Shown piece after piece: positions 28,064 to 37,417 of a DNA stretch of 64,000 bases. Both the position numbers and the translations under genes were made by a program. The notes under the pieces were generated by a model. The model saw only the letters and a program-made list of their open reading frames with translations, was not told the origin of the DNA and searched no databases. Location of the stretch: the IMG/VR virus record IMGVR_UViG_3300047160_007939, positions 55,515 to 119,514 of that record. One strand, written 5' to 3'. How positions within the stretch are numbered: the stretch's first letter is position 1; each line of letters begins with the position of its first letter. Origin of the DNA: a virus.

Positions 28064-28581
28064 TTCTTTTCTCCTTTCTTCCCAGGCTGAACGGGATGCC
28101 GCCGGATCACCGCGATGGTCCATTCGTTACGCGCCCAGCTCTGGCCGGTCAGCATCCGCACGAACTCCGTCTCCACGTACTCACGGCTATCGTCATCCGT
28201 CACCCCATCCCCGTCATTCCACTTCCGCCGGAACAGCCCATCCTCAACCGGCTTGATGCCGGCTTCCACGTTCCGCTGGTCCATCACCCGTCCGCGCAGC
28301 ACCCACCACTGAACCAGCACCCGCTCATCCGTCTGGAAGCGGTCCAGCCGCCAGTAGTAGATTGCCAGCGTCTGACCGGCCTTCATCTCGCGCCCGAGCG
28401 CCTGGAAGTGGCCGGGCCGGGCGTTCTGGCAGGTACGCGCCGGATCCCACGGCACGGCAATCCGCGCCAGCTCATCCTCTGCCGGCGGCGGGACCTTCGC
28501 CATCTCGCGGTGCAGGTCGGCGTAGCTGGGCAGCTTCGGCGGCTTTGGCAGCTTGAGCGGCTTGATCCGGCTAGTCGTCAT
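28060..28581 (-). CDS. hypothetical protein
   Basis: Coupled ORF downstream of DnaB. Confidence 0.55.
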   Translation of the reverse strand: MTTSRIKPLKLPKPPKLPSYADLHREMAKVPPPAEDELARIAVPWDPARTCQNARPGHFQALGREMKAGQTLAIYYWRLDRFQTDERVLVQWWVLRGRVMDQRNVEAGIKPVEDGLFRRKWNDGDGVTDDDSREYVETEFVRMLTGQSWARNEWTIAVIRRHPVQPGKKGEKK

Positions 28582-29965
28582 CGAACACTTCGCTCCCCTG
28601 GCGCTCGTAGAAGCTCGCCAGCCGGCGTCGGAACACCACGTCGATGGCTCCAGTCGGGCCGTGCCGATGCTTCTCCAGGAAGAACTGCGCCTCTTCTCCG
28701 TGAGCCGGGTTGTCTTTGGAAGCCGCCATCGACTGCTTCAACTTGTCGTGGTCGTAGTAGGTCGGACAGTACGGGAAGATCACCGCATCCGCCGCTGCCT
28801 CGATCATGCCGCTTTCCCGTAAGTCGGAGAGCATCGGACGCTTGTCTTCTCTCTTCTCGACCATCCGCGAGAGCTGGGAGAGAACGACGCCGGCCACGTC
28901 CAGCTCCCGGAACAGCTCCACGAGGTTCCCGGTCAGCGCCGCCACTTCCTGATCGCGGGTATCACGCTGCACCGACAGCACCAGTTGCAGATAGTCTACG
29001 ACCAGCACATCCAGACCCTCATCCACCTTCAACCGGCGTGCCCGACTTCGGAGCTGCCCGAAGGTAAGGCGAGGCTGGTCGTCAATGAAGATCGGCAGCT
29101 CGCTGATGTCGGTGAGCGCCTGAACAATGGTCGCCCACTCGTCACCTTCTTCCCCCAGCTTGCCGGTTCGCATCCGATTGCTGTCAATCTCCGTCTCGGC
29201 GGAAAGCAGCCGAAGGCCGGCCACGCCTTCCTTCATCTCCAGGCTGACCACCCCCACAACATGACCAGCCTTCGCCGCCGTGCGCGCGATGTCCAGCCCG
29301 AGCGCGCTCTTACCCATCCCTGGCCTGCCGGCAATAACCGTCATCTGGCTCTTCTGAAGCCCACCCAGCATCTCATCCAGCGTCGGAAACCCGGTCGGGA
29401 TGCCAGTGATGCCGGTCCCCAGCGTGTGGGCGCGCTCGATGTTCTCGAACGCCTTCGCCACGGCCACGCTGATCGGTCGGAACCCACCCTCGTCCTGGCG
29501 ACGGCGGATCTTGAAGACCTCACGCTCCGCCTCTTCGAGCTGCTCATCCAGCGTCTTCTCGTGCCGCAGCGCCGCGCCCGCTATCCGCTGGCCCAGCTTC
29601 ATCAGCCGCCGCTCGTCGTAGGTGTCGCGCACCCGCTTCACGTACTCGTCCACGTTCGCCGGCACACTGGTCGCCGACGCCAGCTCTTCGAGGAAGGGTC
29701 GTCCCTGCGCCTGTGCTATCAGGTTCAACCGCTCCAGCTCGCTGTGAAGCGTCACCACGTCAACCGGCTTCTTCTGCCGAACCAGCTCCTGGATCCCGAT
29801 GAACACGCTGCGGTGCTTGGGTGTATAGAACTCGTCGCCCGTCAGCTTCTCCGCCAGCGTTTCGGCAGCCTCACCATCCTTCAGTGCCGCTGACAGCGCA
29901 GCAATCTCCGCCGGTACATCCTGGGGGATAATCTCCTCCAGGGTCGGTCCATTCTGCTCACTCAC
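28571..29965 (-). CDS. dnaB: replicative DNA helicase DnaB
   Basis: IAGRPGMGKS Walker A, SLEM, VVDYLQL, LSQLSR, SDLRESGMIE, KHRHGPTG. Confidence 0.93.
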   Translation of the reverse strand: MSEQNGPTLEEIIPQDVPAEIAALSAALKDGEAAETLAEKLTGDEFYTPKHRSVFIGIQELVRQKKPVDVVTLHSELERLNLIAQAQGRPFLEELASATSVPANVDEYVKRVRDTYDERRLMKLGQRIAGAALRHEKTLDEQLEEAEREVFKIRRRQDEGGFRPISVAVAKAFENIERAHTLGTGITGIPTGFPTLDEMLGGLQKSQMTVIAGRPGMGKSALGLDIARTAAKAGHVVGVVSLEMKEGVAGLRLLSAETEIDSNRMRTGKLGEEGDEWATIVQALTDISELPIFIDDQPRLTFGQLRSRARRLKVDEGLDVLVVDYLQLVLSVQRDTRDQEVAALTGNLVELFRELDVAGVVLSQLSRMVEKREDKRPMLSDLRESGMIEAAADAVIFPYCPTYYDHDKLKQSMAASKDNPAHGEEAQFFLEKHRHGPTGAIDVVFRRRLASFYERQGSEVFDDD

Positions 29966-31032
29966 CGTCTGCTCTCCTTTCTCGGGAAGTCTTCCCGACT
30001 GACACGGCCTGCTTTGACCGCCTGCCGCGCTTCATCCATCGTCATCGCACCACCCTGCTCAACCACCATCTCCAGGGTCTTGCCCCGCTTCCGAGCGTGC
30101 CGCGCTTCGGCGTCATCCAGCCAGTAGCGGTACACCCGCTCCGGCTCGCCCCGCTTCACTCCGACAGCCCTCACCCTCGCCATCGCGTCTTCCAGGTCCT
30201 GCTCGAACATCAGCAGCGTTTCAGGGTCGTGCCCTCGCTCGCGCGCCTTCGCGCTCGCGCGTTCCACTGTCTGCACCAGCAGCGTCAGCGTCAGCCCCTC
30301 GCCGGCCAGCCGGCAGAGCATTGCCCTCTCTCGGGCCAGCACCCGGCTCGCCGTGCCGAGGGTCCCTTTCAACGCCCGTACCTCGTCACCCCACCCATCC
30401 GGCAAACCATCCGCTAGGTCGCCAGTGCCGCGACCGAGCGGTGAGTACGTGTGTACCGGGCTTGTACCTTCTTCCGAGGGTGCGCCCGCTTGCCAAACCT
30501 CCCTATCGGGGTTTTCAGGTCGATTGGAACTCTTGCACCCAGCCCCATCCGAAAGGCCGGCGGGCTGGCGTACCTGCCGGCCTTGTACTCTAGTGGTACT
30601 CTTGTGGGCATGTAAGGGTTGGCACGTTTCGTCCCTCAAGTTGGCACGTTTCGTGCCAACTACAGTAGGCACGTTTCGTGCCAACTTGGAAGAAAGCACT
30701 AGCCTATCAAGCGCGTCTTCGTTTACGCGGAAGAAGAGACGGCACGGTTTGCCCGCTTCCTTCTCCTCCCAGAAGCCGGTAGCCCGCAGCCTCGCCCTCG
30801 CGTTCTCCTGCTGCTTCCGGTCGAGGCGGGTTTCCTCATACCACTCCTCGCGTGTCTTCCAGAACCATCCATCGGGAAGGGTACTGTGCTCGGTCCAGTA
30901 GAGCGCCTGGGACAGCATCAGCGCGGCATTGATCGAGCCGGTGATGTCTACGAGCGCCGGATGGAAGGTGACGGACCTTCCCAGAAGCTTCAGGACTGAC
31001 AATTGCTTGCTTCTCGAACTGCTTAACGCCAT
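29962..31032 (-). CDS. phage replication initiator (lambda O-like organiser)
   Basis: N-terminal wHTH AALMLSQALYWT..GWFWKTREEWYEET; internal iterons; directly upstream of dnaB. Confidence 0.75.
   Translation of the reverse strand: MALSSSRSKQLSVLKLLGRSVTFHPALVDITGSINAALMLSQALYWTEHSTLPDGWFWKTREEWYEETRLDRKQQENARARLRATGFWEEKEAGKPCRLFFRVNEDALDRLVLSSKLARNVPTVVGTKRANLRDETCQPLHAHKSTTRVQGRQVRQPAGLSDGAGCKSSNRPENPDREVWQAGAPSEEGTSPVHTYSPLGRGTGDLADGLPDGWGDEVRALKGTLGTASRVLARERAMLCRLAGEGLTLTLLVQTVERASAKARERGHDPETLLMFEQDLEDAMARVRAVGVKRGEPERVYRYWLDDAEARHARKRGKTLEMVVEQGGAMTMDEARQAVKAGRVSREDFPRKESRR
30618..30685. repeat. putative replication-origin iterons inside the initiator gene
   Basis: Three copies of GGCACGTTTCGT; the copy at 30640-30660 is GTTGGCACG-TTT-CGTGCCAAC with perfectly inverted 9-bp arms. 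Confidence 0.7.
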
Positions 31033-31054
31033 CGACCTAACTCCCGAGCAACAG

Positions 31055-31090
31055 AAAGCCCTAACCCGCTGGCGTTCGGGTTAGGGCTTT
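31055..31090 (-). terminator. 14-bp hairpin (terminator/attenuator-like) upstream of the initiator
   Basis: AAAGCCCTAACCCG-ctggcgtt-CGGGTTAGGGCTTT; minus-strand tail TTTCTGTT. Confidence 0.6.
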
Positions 31091-31205
31091 GGGCCTGCCG
31101 CCCCCGGCAAACCTTCGGGCGACCGAAAGCCGGGGGACGCTTTGACGACCGCACGAGCAACGCCAGATGCTCTAACGGTCTAAATTGTCGGTGCTACACC
31201 ACGGC

Positions 31206-31454
31206 CTACTCCACGATCCGCACCTCGCTCACGGGTGGGCGCGCGTTCAGCTTCAACGTGCCGTCGTCGCTCTCCTCTGCCCCGATCTTTCGGAGCCAGC
31301 TCCGAAGGGTGGCCGGCATCACGCCGAGGTGTCGCGCAACTTCTGCCGTGCCTCGATACTTCTGGTATAACAGGACGAGGGCTTCGGGCAGGTCACAACC
31401 CATCCGTTCTTCAATCTGGCGGATGGTCGGCGTCTTCAAAAGCAGGGCGGTCAT
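31206..31454 (-). CDS. small HTH (Cro-like) protein
   Basis: GTAEVARHLGVMPATLRSWL; first gene of the leftward block. Confidence 0.65.
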   Translation of the reverse strand: MTALLLKTPTIRQIEERMGCDLPEALVLLYQKYRGTAEVARHLGVMPATLRSWLRKIGAEESDDGTLKLNARPPVSEVRIVE

Positions 31455-31507
31455 CAGGTATGATATACCCGCTCCGGCAGGCCCGTGTCAAGCGTAAAAT
31501 CTGGTTC

Positions 31508-31536
31508 TTGACAATCATTGTGAAACCTGCTATACT
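31508..31536 (+). promoter_or_regulatory. sigma70-type promoter
   Basis: TTGACA (31508) -17 bp- TATACT (31531) with extended TG; at the strand-switch point. Confidence 0.8.
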
Positions 31537-31602
31537 ATGGTCAGCCTCGGGCTGGGGTTCCAGACCGAACGTATCACACTCGAAAGGAGAGCAAGCAGAC
31601 AG

Positions 31603-32307
31603 ATGTCACACATGACGACCATCAACACCAACCTGCGAAGCGAGCCGTTCATCCGAAAGGCTCTGGAGAAGCTGGGCTTCCAGGTGGAAGAGGATCAGAA
31701 GGTCCCCTACTACTACGGCCAGCCGAAGCAGAGCAGCCTCGTCTTCGGCGCGGGGACGGCCACCGACCACGAGAGCGGCATCGCTTACCGGTGCGGCCTG
31801 AACTACGAAGACACCGGGCGGGAAGCCGACAACGGCTACACCTTTATGACGGACTATTGGGGGATGGACTGCTCGAAGGAAGGGCAGGAAGTCCTGGACC
31901 GGCTCGGCTGCGAGCGCGTCAACCCGAGCGACCCCAACAGCGCCCACTGGAAGTGGGAGCGCGGCGGGCACGTCGGCGTCAGCGGGCCGAAGAAGCTCCA
32001 GCAGGTCTACGTGGGCGAGGTCGTGCAGTACGCGAGCCAGTACCAGGGCCGACGCTTGACGACCATCGAGATGCCGAACGGCGACGTGCGGCACGAGCAG
32101 CGCGGGGGCGACCTGGGCAATCAGGTCGTGGTGGTGACCGCGCTCAAAGACGGCTCGGTGAAGATCCACGTTGAGGGCGGGGACGGGGAGAGCTGCCTCG
32201 TCGCCACCAAGTTCCTCGAAGACATTCTCGGCACGTTCGCCTCGCGGGAGATGCTTCCCGAGAGCCAGCGGGCCGGCGTGCAGGCAGCGGCGCGAGCCTC
32301 GGCCTGA
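31603..32307 (+). CDS. DUF1257 (Ycf35)-like / DUF2997-like fusion protein
   Basis: N-terminal MSHMTTINTNL..KALEKLGF and C-terminal DGSVKIHVEGGDGESCLVATKFLEDILG; RBS AAAGGAG. Confidence 0.6.
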   Translation: MSHMTTINTNLRSEPFIRKALEKLGFQVEEDQKVPYYYGQPKQSSLVFGAGTATDHESGIAYRCGLNYEDTGREADNGYTFMTDYWGMDCSKEGQEVLDRLGCERVNPSDPNSAHWKWERGGHVGVSGPKKLQQVYVGEVVQYASQYQGRRLTTIEMPNGDVRHEQRGGDLGNQVVVVTALKDGSVKIHVEGGDGESCLVATKFLEDILGTFASREMLPESQRAGVQAAARASA

Positions 32308-32336
32308 CACAACAGGTAGAAAGGAGAACACGAGAG

Positions 32337-34256
32337 ATGGAAGAAGAGGTAACCCAGAGCAACTGGCGCGAGCGGCTCGCGCCCTACCCCAAGTGGGTGT
32401 CGCAGTTCTACGGCCTGACCAACAGCCAGAGCGCCCACATGTTCCTCTTGCACGGCGAGGGGGTGGACGACTACGTGATCGGGACAACGGCCCTGCGGCC
32501 CTTCCTGGAGAGCTTCCTGCGGCCCAGCGCAAAGGAGCGGGTCGCCCCTGGCGAGAAGAACCATCTACTGGTCTTCTATAACAGGGCGAGAGGCATCGTC
32601 TTCGGCGCGGATCCGAAGAACGCCGATCCGAGGGACACGCAGCGCGAAGCCGCGAGGAAGCTGTTCGAGAAGGTCATTGGCCGGCTCGAAGCGGCCCAGC
32701 AGCTCCAGAGCCTGCTGCCGGGTGGGGCAAGCCGGCAGGCCAGCCAGGAGAACGACCTTCCGGCACTGGAGAGCCAGCCGGCAGCGGTGATGCCGCTGTT
32801 CGACAAGCTCCTCGCGCAGAAGGAAGTCGAGGTGACCCTGGTCATCGAGGCTGCCGAGACGCTCTGCCCGAACGCGGAGTTCGCCGCGATGACCCCGGAA
32901 GACCGCAACATGCTGGTGCTCTTTCGCAGTTGGGGGCAGGACATCGGCATCGGCAACCGTGGGCACAGCATTCTCGTGACCACGGGCGACGTGTCCAACC
33001 TGCATCCGAGCCTGCGCGAAGCCACCAGCGGGGCGCGAAGCCTGGAAGCGCCGCTTCCCGACTTCGACCGGCGGCTGAAGTTCATCGGCGACCTCGCCGA
33101 CGCTTACGCGCAGGACGGGGAAGAGGTGCTGGCCGTGGAGCCGGTGGAGTTCGCCGGCATCAGCGCGGGGCTGCCGTACCGGGGCATCGAAGACATCGTG
33201 CTCCAGGCAGTCTACGAGGAGATGCCGGTGGACCGGGCGATGATCCTGGACCGGAAGCGAGACATGATCGCGCAGTCCTACGGCGAGGTGATCGAGGTGA
33301 TGGACCCGGAGAGCGGGTTCGAGGATGTCGGCGGGCTGGACCGGGTGAAGGACTGGTTTCAGCGAAACGTCATCCAGCCGCTTCGCACCGGCAACCGGAA
33401 GCGCGCGAAGAAGGGCGCAATCCTGGCGGGACCTCCGGGGACCGGCAAGACCAAGCTCTCGATGGCTGTGGCGCGAGAGAGCGGCGTGACCTGCTGCGTA
33501 CTCAACCCGGCGCTCATCCTGGGGCACTACGTTGGGGACAGCGAGAGGGCGATGCGCCGCGCGCTGAACCTCATCTGGAGCCTGGGCCACACCGTGGTCT
33601 TCGTGGATGAGTTCGACCAGCTCGGGTTCAACCGGAACTCGGAAGGCGACAGCGGCGTGGGGTCGCGGCTGATGAAGCAGCTCATGGAAGCGATGGGCAG
33701 CGAGAAGGGGCGAGGCAGGGTATTCTGGCTGGCAGCGACCAACCGGCCTGACCTGCTCGACGCTGCGATGATCAGGGATGGCCGCTTCGATGCGAAGATC
33801 CCGATCCTTCCGCCTGTGTTGGAAGAGCGAGAGAGCATCCTGAAGGTAATGGGGGTGCGCTTCTTCGGCGAGCTGCCGGAAGCGGTGATTAAGAAAGTCG
33901 CCGAGCAGACCGAGAGCTGGACCGGCGCGGAGATGGAAGCCTTCTGCCTGAAGGCGTGGGAGCTGCTCGAAGACGAGCGAGCCTCGGACGTGATGGGCGC
34001 GTTCGAGCTGGCCCGCCAGCTCTATCGCCCGACGACCAGGGAGATTGAGCAACAGAGCCGGTACGCGCTTGCCATCTGCAACGACTACGACCTGCTTCCC
34101 GAAGCGGTGCGGCAGAAGGCCGAGGCAGCGAAGGAGCAGGCCGGCCAGCCGGCTGGCGATGACGAAGACGACGAAGACGATGACTGGAGCGGCTTTGCCC
34201 GGCATAAGGGCAAAGGGCGCAAGTCCATCAAGCCCGAGAAAGGAGAAGAGCAGTGA
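32337..34256 (+). CDS. AAA+ ATPase (Ycf46/SpoVK-like; degenerate N-terminal AAA plus active AAA)
   Basis: FEDVGGL, GPPGTGKT, VFVDEFD, AATNRPDLLDAAMIRDGRFD. Confidence 0.88.
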   Translation: MEEEVTQSNWRERLAPYPKWVSQFYGLTNSQSAHMFLLHGEGVDDYVIGTTALRPFLESFLRPSAKERVAPGEKNHLLVFYNRARGIVFGADPKNADPRDTQREAARKLFEKVIGRLEAAQQLQSLLPGGASRQASQENDLPALESQPAAVMPLFDKLLAQKEVEVTLVIEAAETLCPNAEFAAMTPEDRNMLVLFRSWGQDIGIGNRGHSILVTTGDVSNLHPSLREATSGARSLEAPLPDFDRRLKFIGDLADAYAQDGEEVLAVEPVEFAGISAGLPYRGIEDIVLQAVYEEMPVDRAMILDRKRDMIAQSYGEVIEVMDPESGFEDVGGLDRVKDWFQRNVIQPLRTGNRKRAKKGAILAGPPGTGKTKLSMAVARESGVTCCVLNPALILGHYVGDSERAMRRALNLIWSLGHTVVFVDEFDQLGFNRNSEGDSGVGSRLMKQLMEAMGSEKGRGRVFWLAATNRPDLLDAAMIRDGRFDAKIPILPPVLEERESILKVMGVRFFGELPEAVIKKVAEQTESWTGAEMEAFCLKAWELLEDERASDVMGAFELARQLYRPTTREIEQQSRYALAICNDYDLLPEAVRQKAEAAKEQAGQPAGDDEDDEDDDWSGFARHKGKGRKSIKPEKGEEQ

Positions 34257-34714
34257 GCAGCCGCGACGAGCGAGAGAAGTTCGAGCGCCTGATGCGCGAG
34301 AGCGGCGTCAACATCCCTGACGACTGGCAGGGGAAGGCCAGGGAGCAGCATGAAGGTGAGGGCCATACGGTGGCCCTCACCGACCGGCCCGACGACCCGG
34401 AAGTGGATGCCGTCTTCGACAACGTGCTCGGCATCGTGCGGGAAGCGGGACTGAAGGATAGGCAGGTGGTGGAGCTGTTTGCCACCATCCTGGGTCGCAG
34501 CGTGGTGAACCGCGCCGTGAAGCGCGGGGCGATGGAAGGCAGCGAGGCGATGGTCGAGGTGATTGGCGCTGCCGCGATGCCGGGCTGCTTTGCCGGCTTC
34601 GTGATGCTGAACCTCACTCGTGGGAAGGCGTTCAGTCTGACCGCGAGCATCCATCATCTGCTCACCGACATGGTGGGCTTCGGCAAGCGTGGTGACGACC
34701 GAAAGGAGAGCTGA
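34253..34714 (+). CDS. hypothetical protein
   Basis: Coupled ORF with RBS. Confidence 0.55.
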   Translation: MSSRDEREKFERLMRESGVNIPDDWQGKAREQHEGEGHTVALTDRPDDPEVDAVFDNVLGIVREAGLKDRQVVELFATILGRSVVNRAVKRGAMEGSEAMVEVIGAAAMPGCFAGFVMLNLTRGKAFSLTASIHHLLTDMVGFGKRGDDRKES

Positions 34715-34718
34715 ACTG

Positions 34719-36185
34719 ATGACCGATGGAATGAAGGAGATGCTGGACAGTGACGGGATCGCGCGGCGCGTCTTCAAGCCGAACCTGAAGAAGCTCGCGG
34801 ACGAGAGCGTGCGGGTTTCCGTACACATCCGCTATTGGGTGTCCGACCGGGCGCTCGGGCTTCACGACCTGGGGCTTGATGCCGGCGGCGAAGACCTCCA
34901 GGCGTATGCCGACGAGTTCTTGAAGCTGGGTCGCCAGGGGCTGATGCCGCGCCGCTACACGAAGCGCCTGATGGCGATCTGCGAGCAGGGCCGGAACCTC
35001 AACCGCATCTACGGATACAAGTGGCCGGAGAGCGGCTACTTCGTGGCGAAGCGCGACTTCTTGAACTGGTATACCAGCCAGAAGCGCGTGCTGAAGGAGT
35101 TCCAGGCGTGGGTGGAGTGGGCCGTGAACACCTACGACGAGTGGGTGGCCGAGGTGAAGGAAGCCTACATCGGGCGTGCCCGGATGGTGATCGCCATCAA
35201 GCGCGGACGCTCCGTGAAAGAGGCGGCTCGCTGGATCAACAATCCCGAGGTAGAGGTCGGCCCGGAAGCCCTCTCGATGATCGACCGGCTGATGTCGGAG
35301 ATACCCTCGAAGGGCGAGCTGGCCGGCAAGTACTCCTACGACTGGATGGTTGAGGTCGTGGAGATGCCGGAGGTGCTGGGGAGCGGGCTGAACGTCACCG
35401 AGCTGGAAGCCAGGGCGAAGATGGCGGCGGATGCCGTCGCCTCGCTCGACATCCAGATCGAGCAGAAGGCGAAGACGCTCTACGACGATGAAGCCCGCCA
35501 GCAGATGCTGATCCGGCTCCAGACCGAGCGCGCGAACGCGGCAGCGGAGCAGGTGGCGGCACAGGCGAAGCTGGACGCCGAGGTAGCGATCCAGAAGGAG
35601 CTGCTGGAGCACACCGCTGCGACCCGGAAGGAGCAGATCGAAGACCGGTTGTCGCAGGCCGGCGCGCAGGTGATGCACCTCGTTTGGCAGGTGGCCGAGG
35701 GGATCAAAGAGAGCGACCGGGACAGCTCCTGGAAGCTGCACGGCAGACAGATGAGCAAGCTGGTCAATCTCGTCTCGCGGCTGCGGTCCTTCTCCGACAT
35801 CTGCGATGCGCCGGGGATTGACACGCTCGCCGCCGAGGTAGCGAAGATGGTGGACGATGCGAAGGAAGCGAAGAGCGCGAAGGATGTCCACGAGGCGCTC
35901 GCCGACCTCTCGCTCGTGGCCCAGGACGAGCTGATAGTGCTGCGACAGACCAGCCGCAGCCCGCTGGAAGTCGAGAACCTGCCCTCGGGCAAGATCGACC
36001 AGGGCGCGCTGCGGAAGGCCCGCGAGCGGTTCGCCCTGCCGGTGGATGCGCCGAAGATGGAGAAGCGCGCTCGCCGGAGCCGGGTGCGGCTGCCTCTCGA
36101 CGCTGGCGATGACGGCAACGGGAGAACGGACGCCGAGAAGGTGGCCGCGATCCACAGCGCCGTCGCCGCCGAGGTAGAAGCGTGA
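34719..36185 (+). CDS. coiled-coil protein, DUF3150-like
   Basis: Helical 488-aa protein in the AAA operon; RBS AAAGGAG; family assignment tentative. Confidence 0.55.
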   Translation: MTDGMKEMLDSDGIARRVFKPNLKKLADESVRVSVHIRYWVSDRALGLHDLGLDAGGEDLQAYADEFLKLGRQGLMPRRYTKRLMAICEQGRNLNRIYGYKWPESGYFVAKRDFLNWYTSQKRVLKEFQAWVEWAVNTYDEWVAEVKEAYIGRARMVIAIKRGRSVKEAARWINNPEVEVGPEALSMIDRLMSEIPSKGELAGKYSYDWMVEVVEMPEVLGSGLNVTELEARAKMAADAVASLDIQIEQKAKTLYDDEARQQMLIRLQTERANAAAEQVAAQAKLDAEVAIQKELLEHTAATRKEQIEDRLSQAGAQVMHLVWQVAEGIKESDRDSSWKLHGRQMSKLVNLVSRLRSFSDICDAPGIDTLAAEVAKMVDDAKEAKSAKDVHEALADLSLVAQDELIVLRQTSRSPLEVENLPSGKIDQGALRKARERFALPVDAPKMEKRARRSRVRLPLDAGDDGNGRTDAEKVAAIHSAVAAEVEA

Positions 36186-36631
36186 GCGGCAAGATCGAGG
36201 TGGGGGGCACGCCGGCCCCCCACCTGCTCACCAGCGGCCAAGTGGCCCAACGGTACGGCATCCCTCGTGGGCGTGTGAACGCGGACATCTCCGCCGGCAG
36301 GCTGAAGGCCACTCGCTTCGTACCGAAGGGCGCGGCCATCTCGGCCAACGTCTCGCCCTACTACATCAGGGCGGAAGACGCCGAGGCGTGGTGGACCGAG
36401 CTGTACCGTGGGGACGGCCTGCTCACGGTCGAAGCGGCGTGCCGCCGCGCGCAGTGTGATAGGAACACGATCACGCGCGCCGTGAGGGAAGGCCGGCTGG
36501 CCGTGGCTGCCACGGTCTTCGGCTACCCCCGCTTCGAGAAGGCCGACATCGACCTCTGGGCCAGGGAGCATCTGGAACCAGGACCTCGCCGGCAGGGAAG
36601 GCCACGCCGGAAGGACCTCGCCGCCGCCTGA
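36182..36631 (+). CDS. tandem excisionase/MerR-like HTH protein
   Basis: LLTSGQVAQRYG..GRLKA and LLTVEAAC..GRLAV repeats. Confidence 0.65.
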   Translation: MSGKIEVGGTPAPHLLTSGQVAQRYGIPRGRVNADISAGRLKATRFVPKGAAISANVSPYYIRAEDAEAWWTELYRGDGLLTVEAACRRAQCDRNTITRAVREGRLAVAATVFGYPRFEKADIDLWAREHLEPGPRRQGRPRRKDLAAA

Positions 36632-36706
36632 CCCCAGGCGGCGGGGCCTACCCCTTTGTTACGGAATTGTGACAAAACAATCCACACAAAGACAAAAGCA
36701 GGTATA

Positions 36707-36735
36707 TTGACATTGGTCGATGGATTTGGTATAAT
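36707..36735 (+). promoter_or_regulatory. consensus sigma70 promoter
   Basis: TTGACA (36707) -17 bp- TATAAT (36730), extended TG, A-rich upstream element. Confidence 0.88.
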
Positions 36736-37237
36736 GTAGTAGGCTCGAAATTGAGCCTCGGACGGACTTGACAATCGGGCAGCGCGGCTAGAGAGCCGCA
36801 TCGGAGACGAGCCGCTGGCGTCGTGATGGCGTGCAGCGTTGGACCCCGGAGACACAGGGAGCCGTGAGGTGACCGGACCCTGGTGAGCGGCAGGCGCGGC
36901 GCGGAACGCCCGATTGACGGGATTGACAACTGAAGAGCCGAAAGGCAACTGGTTCCCGGCCAGCGGGGGAGTGTGACCCCCGTCTCTTGTGGCCGGTGAG
37001 GGTGGGCGCGAGGTGTGCCCACCAACCGGGAGCACAGGGCGGAGCGCGTGGGCTTTCGATGGGTGCAATGCCCGCCACCGCGCAGGCGTGGTGCAGCTAG
37101 CAGGCTGGACCCGCGCGCTCCGCTCTGTGCTCCTCGCTCCCCGTGGTAGCCGACCTCTGCGCGGTGGGGAGTAGGCCACGCTATCAGAGCGTGGGCCAGT
37201 GGCTACCGAACTGTGGTGACAGAACGAGAGAACCGAT

Positions 37238-37417
37238 ATGTCTCAAGCACAAGCACAAGCCTACATCCAGAACGGCTACTCGTTCCCCGCGAGCGAGAGC
37301 GACTACGACCAGGACCTCATCGCCCTCATCGCCAGCGAGCGTGGGGGACAGGCGTGGGAAGATGCCCAGGCCAACGATGAGGTCTACGACCGGATGACCG
37401 GCATCGGATGGAGCTGA
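37238..37417 (+). CDS. small hypothetical protein (59 aa, below the ORF track cut-off)
   Basis: MSQAQAQAYIQNGYSF..; stop overlaps the next ATG. Confidence 0.5.
   Translation: MSQAQAQAYIQNGYSFPASESDYDQDLIALIASERGGQAWEDAQANDEVYDRMTGIGWS

Noticed and set aside
37226-37235. Isolated GAGAGAACCG matching array repeat A
   Set aside because: Single copy without periodicity, located at an RBS position similar to the common GGAGAAC motif.
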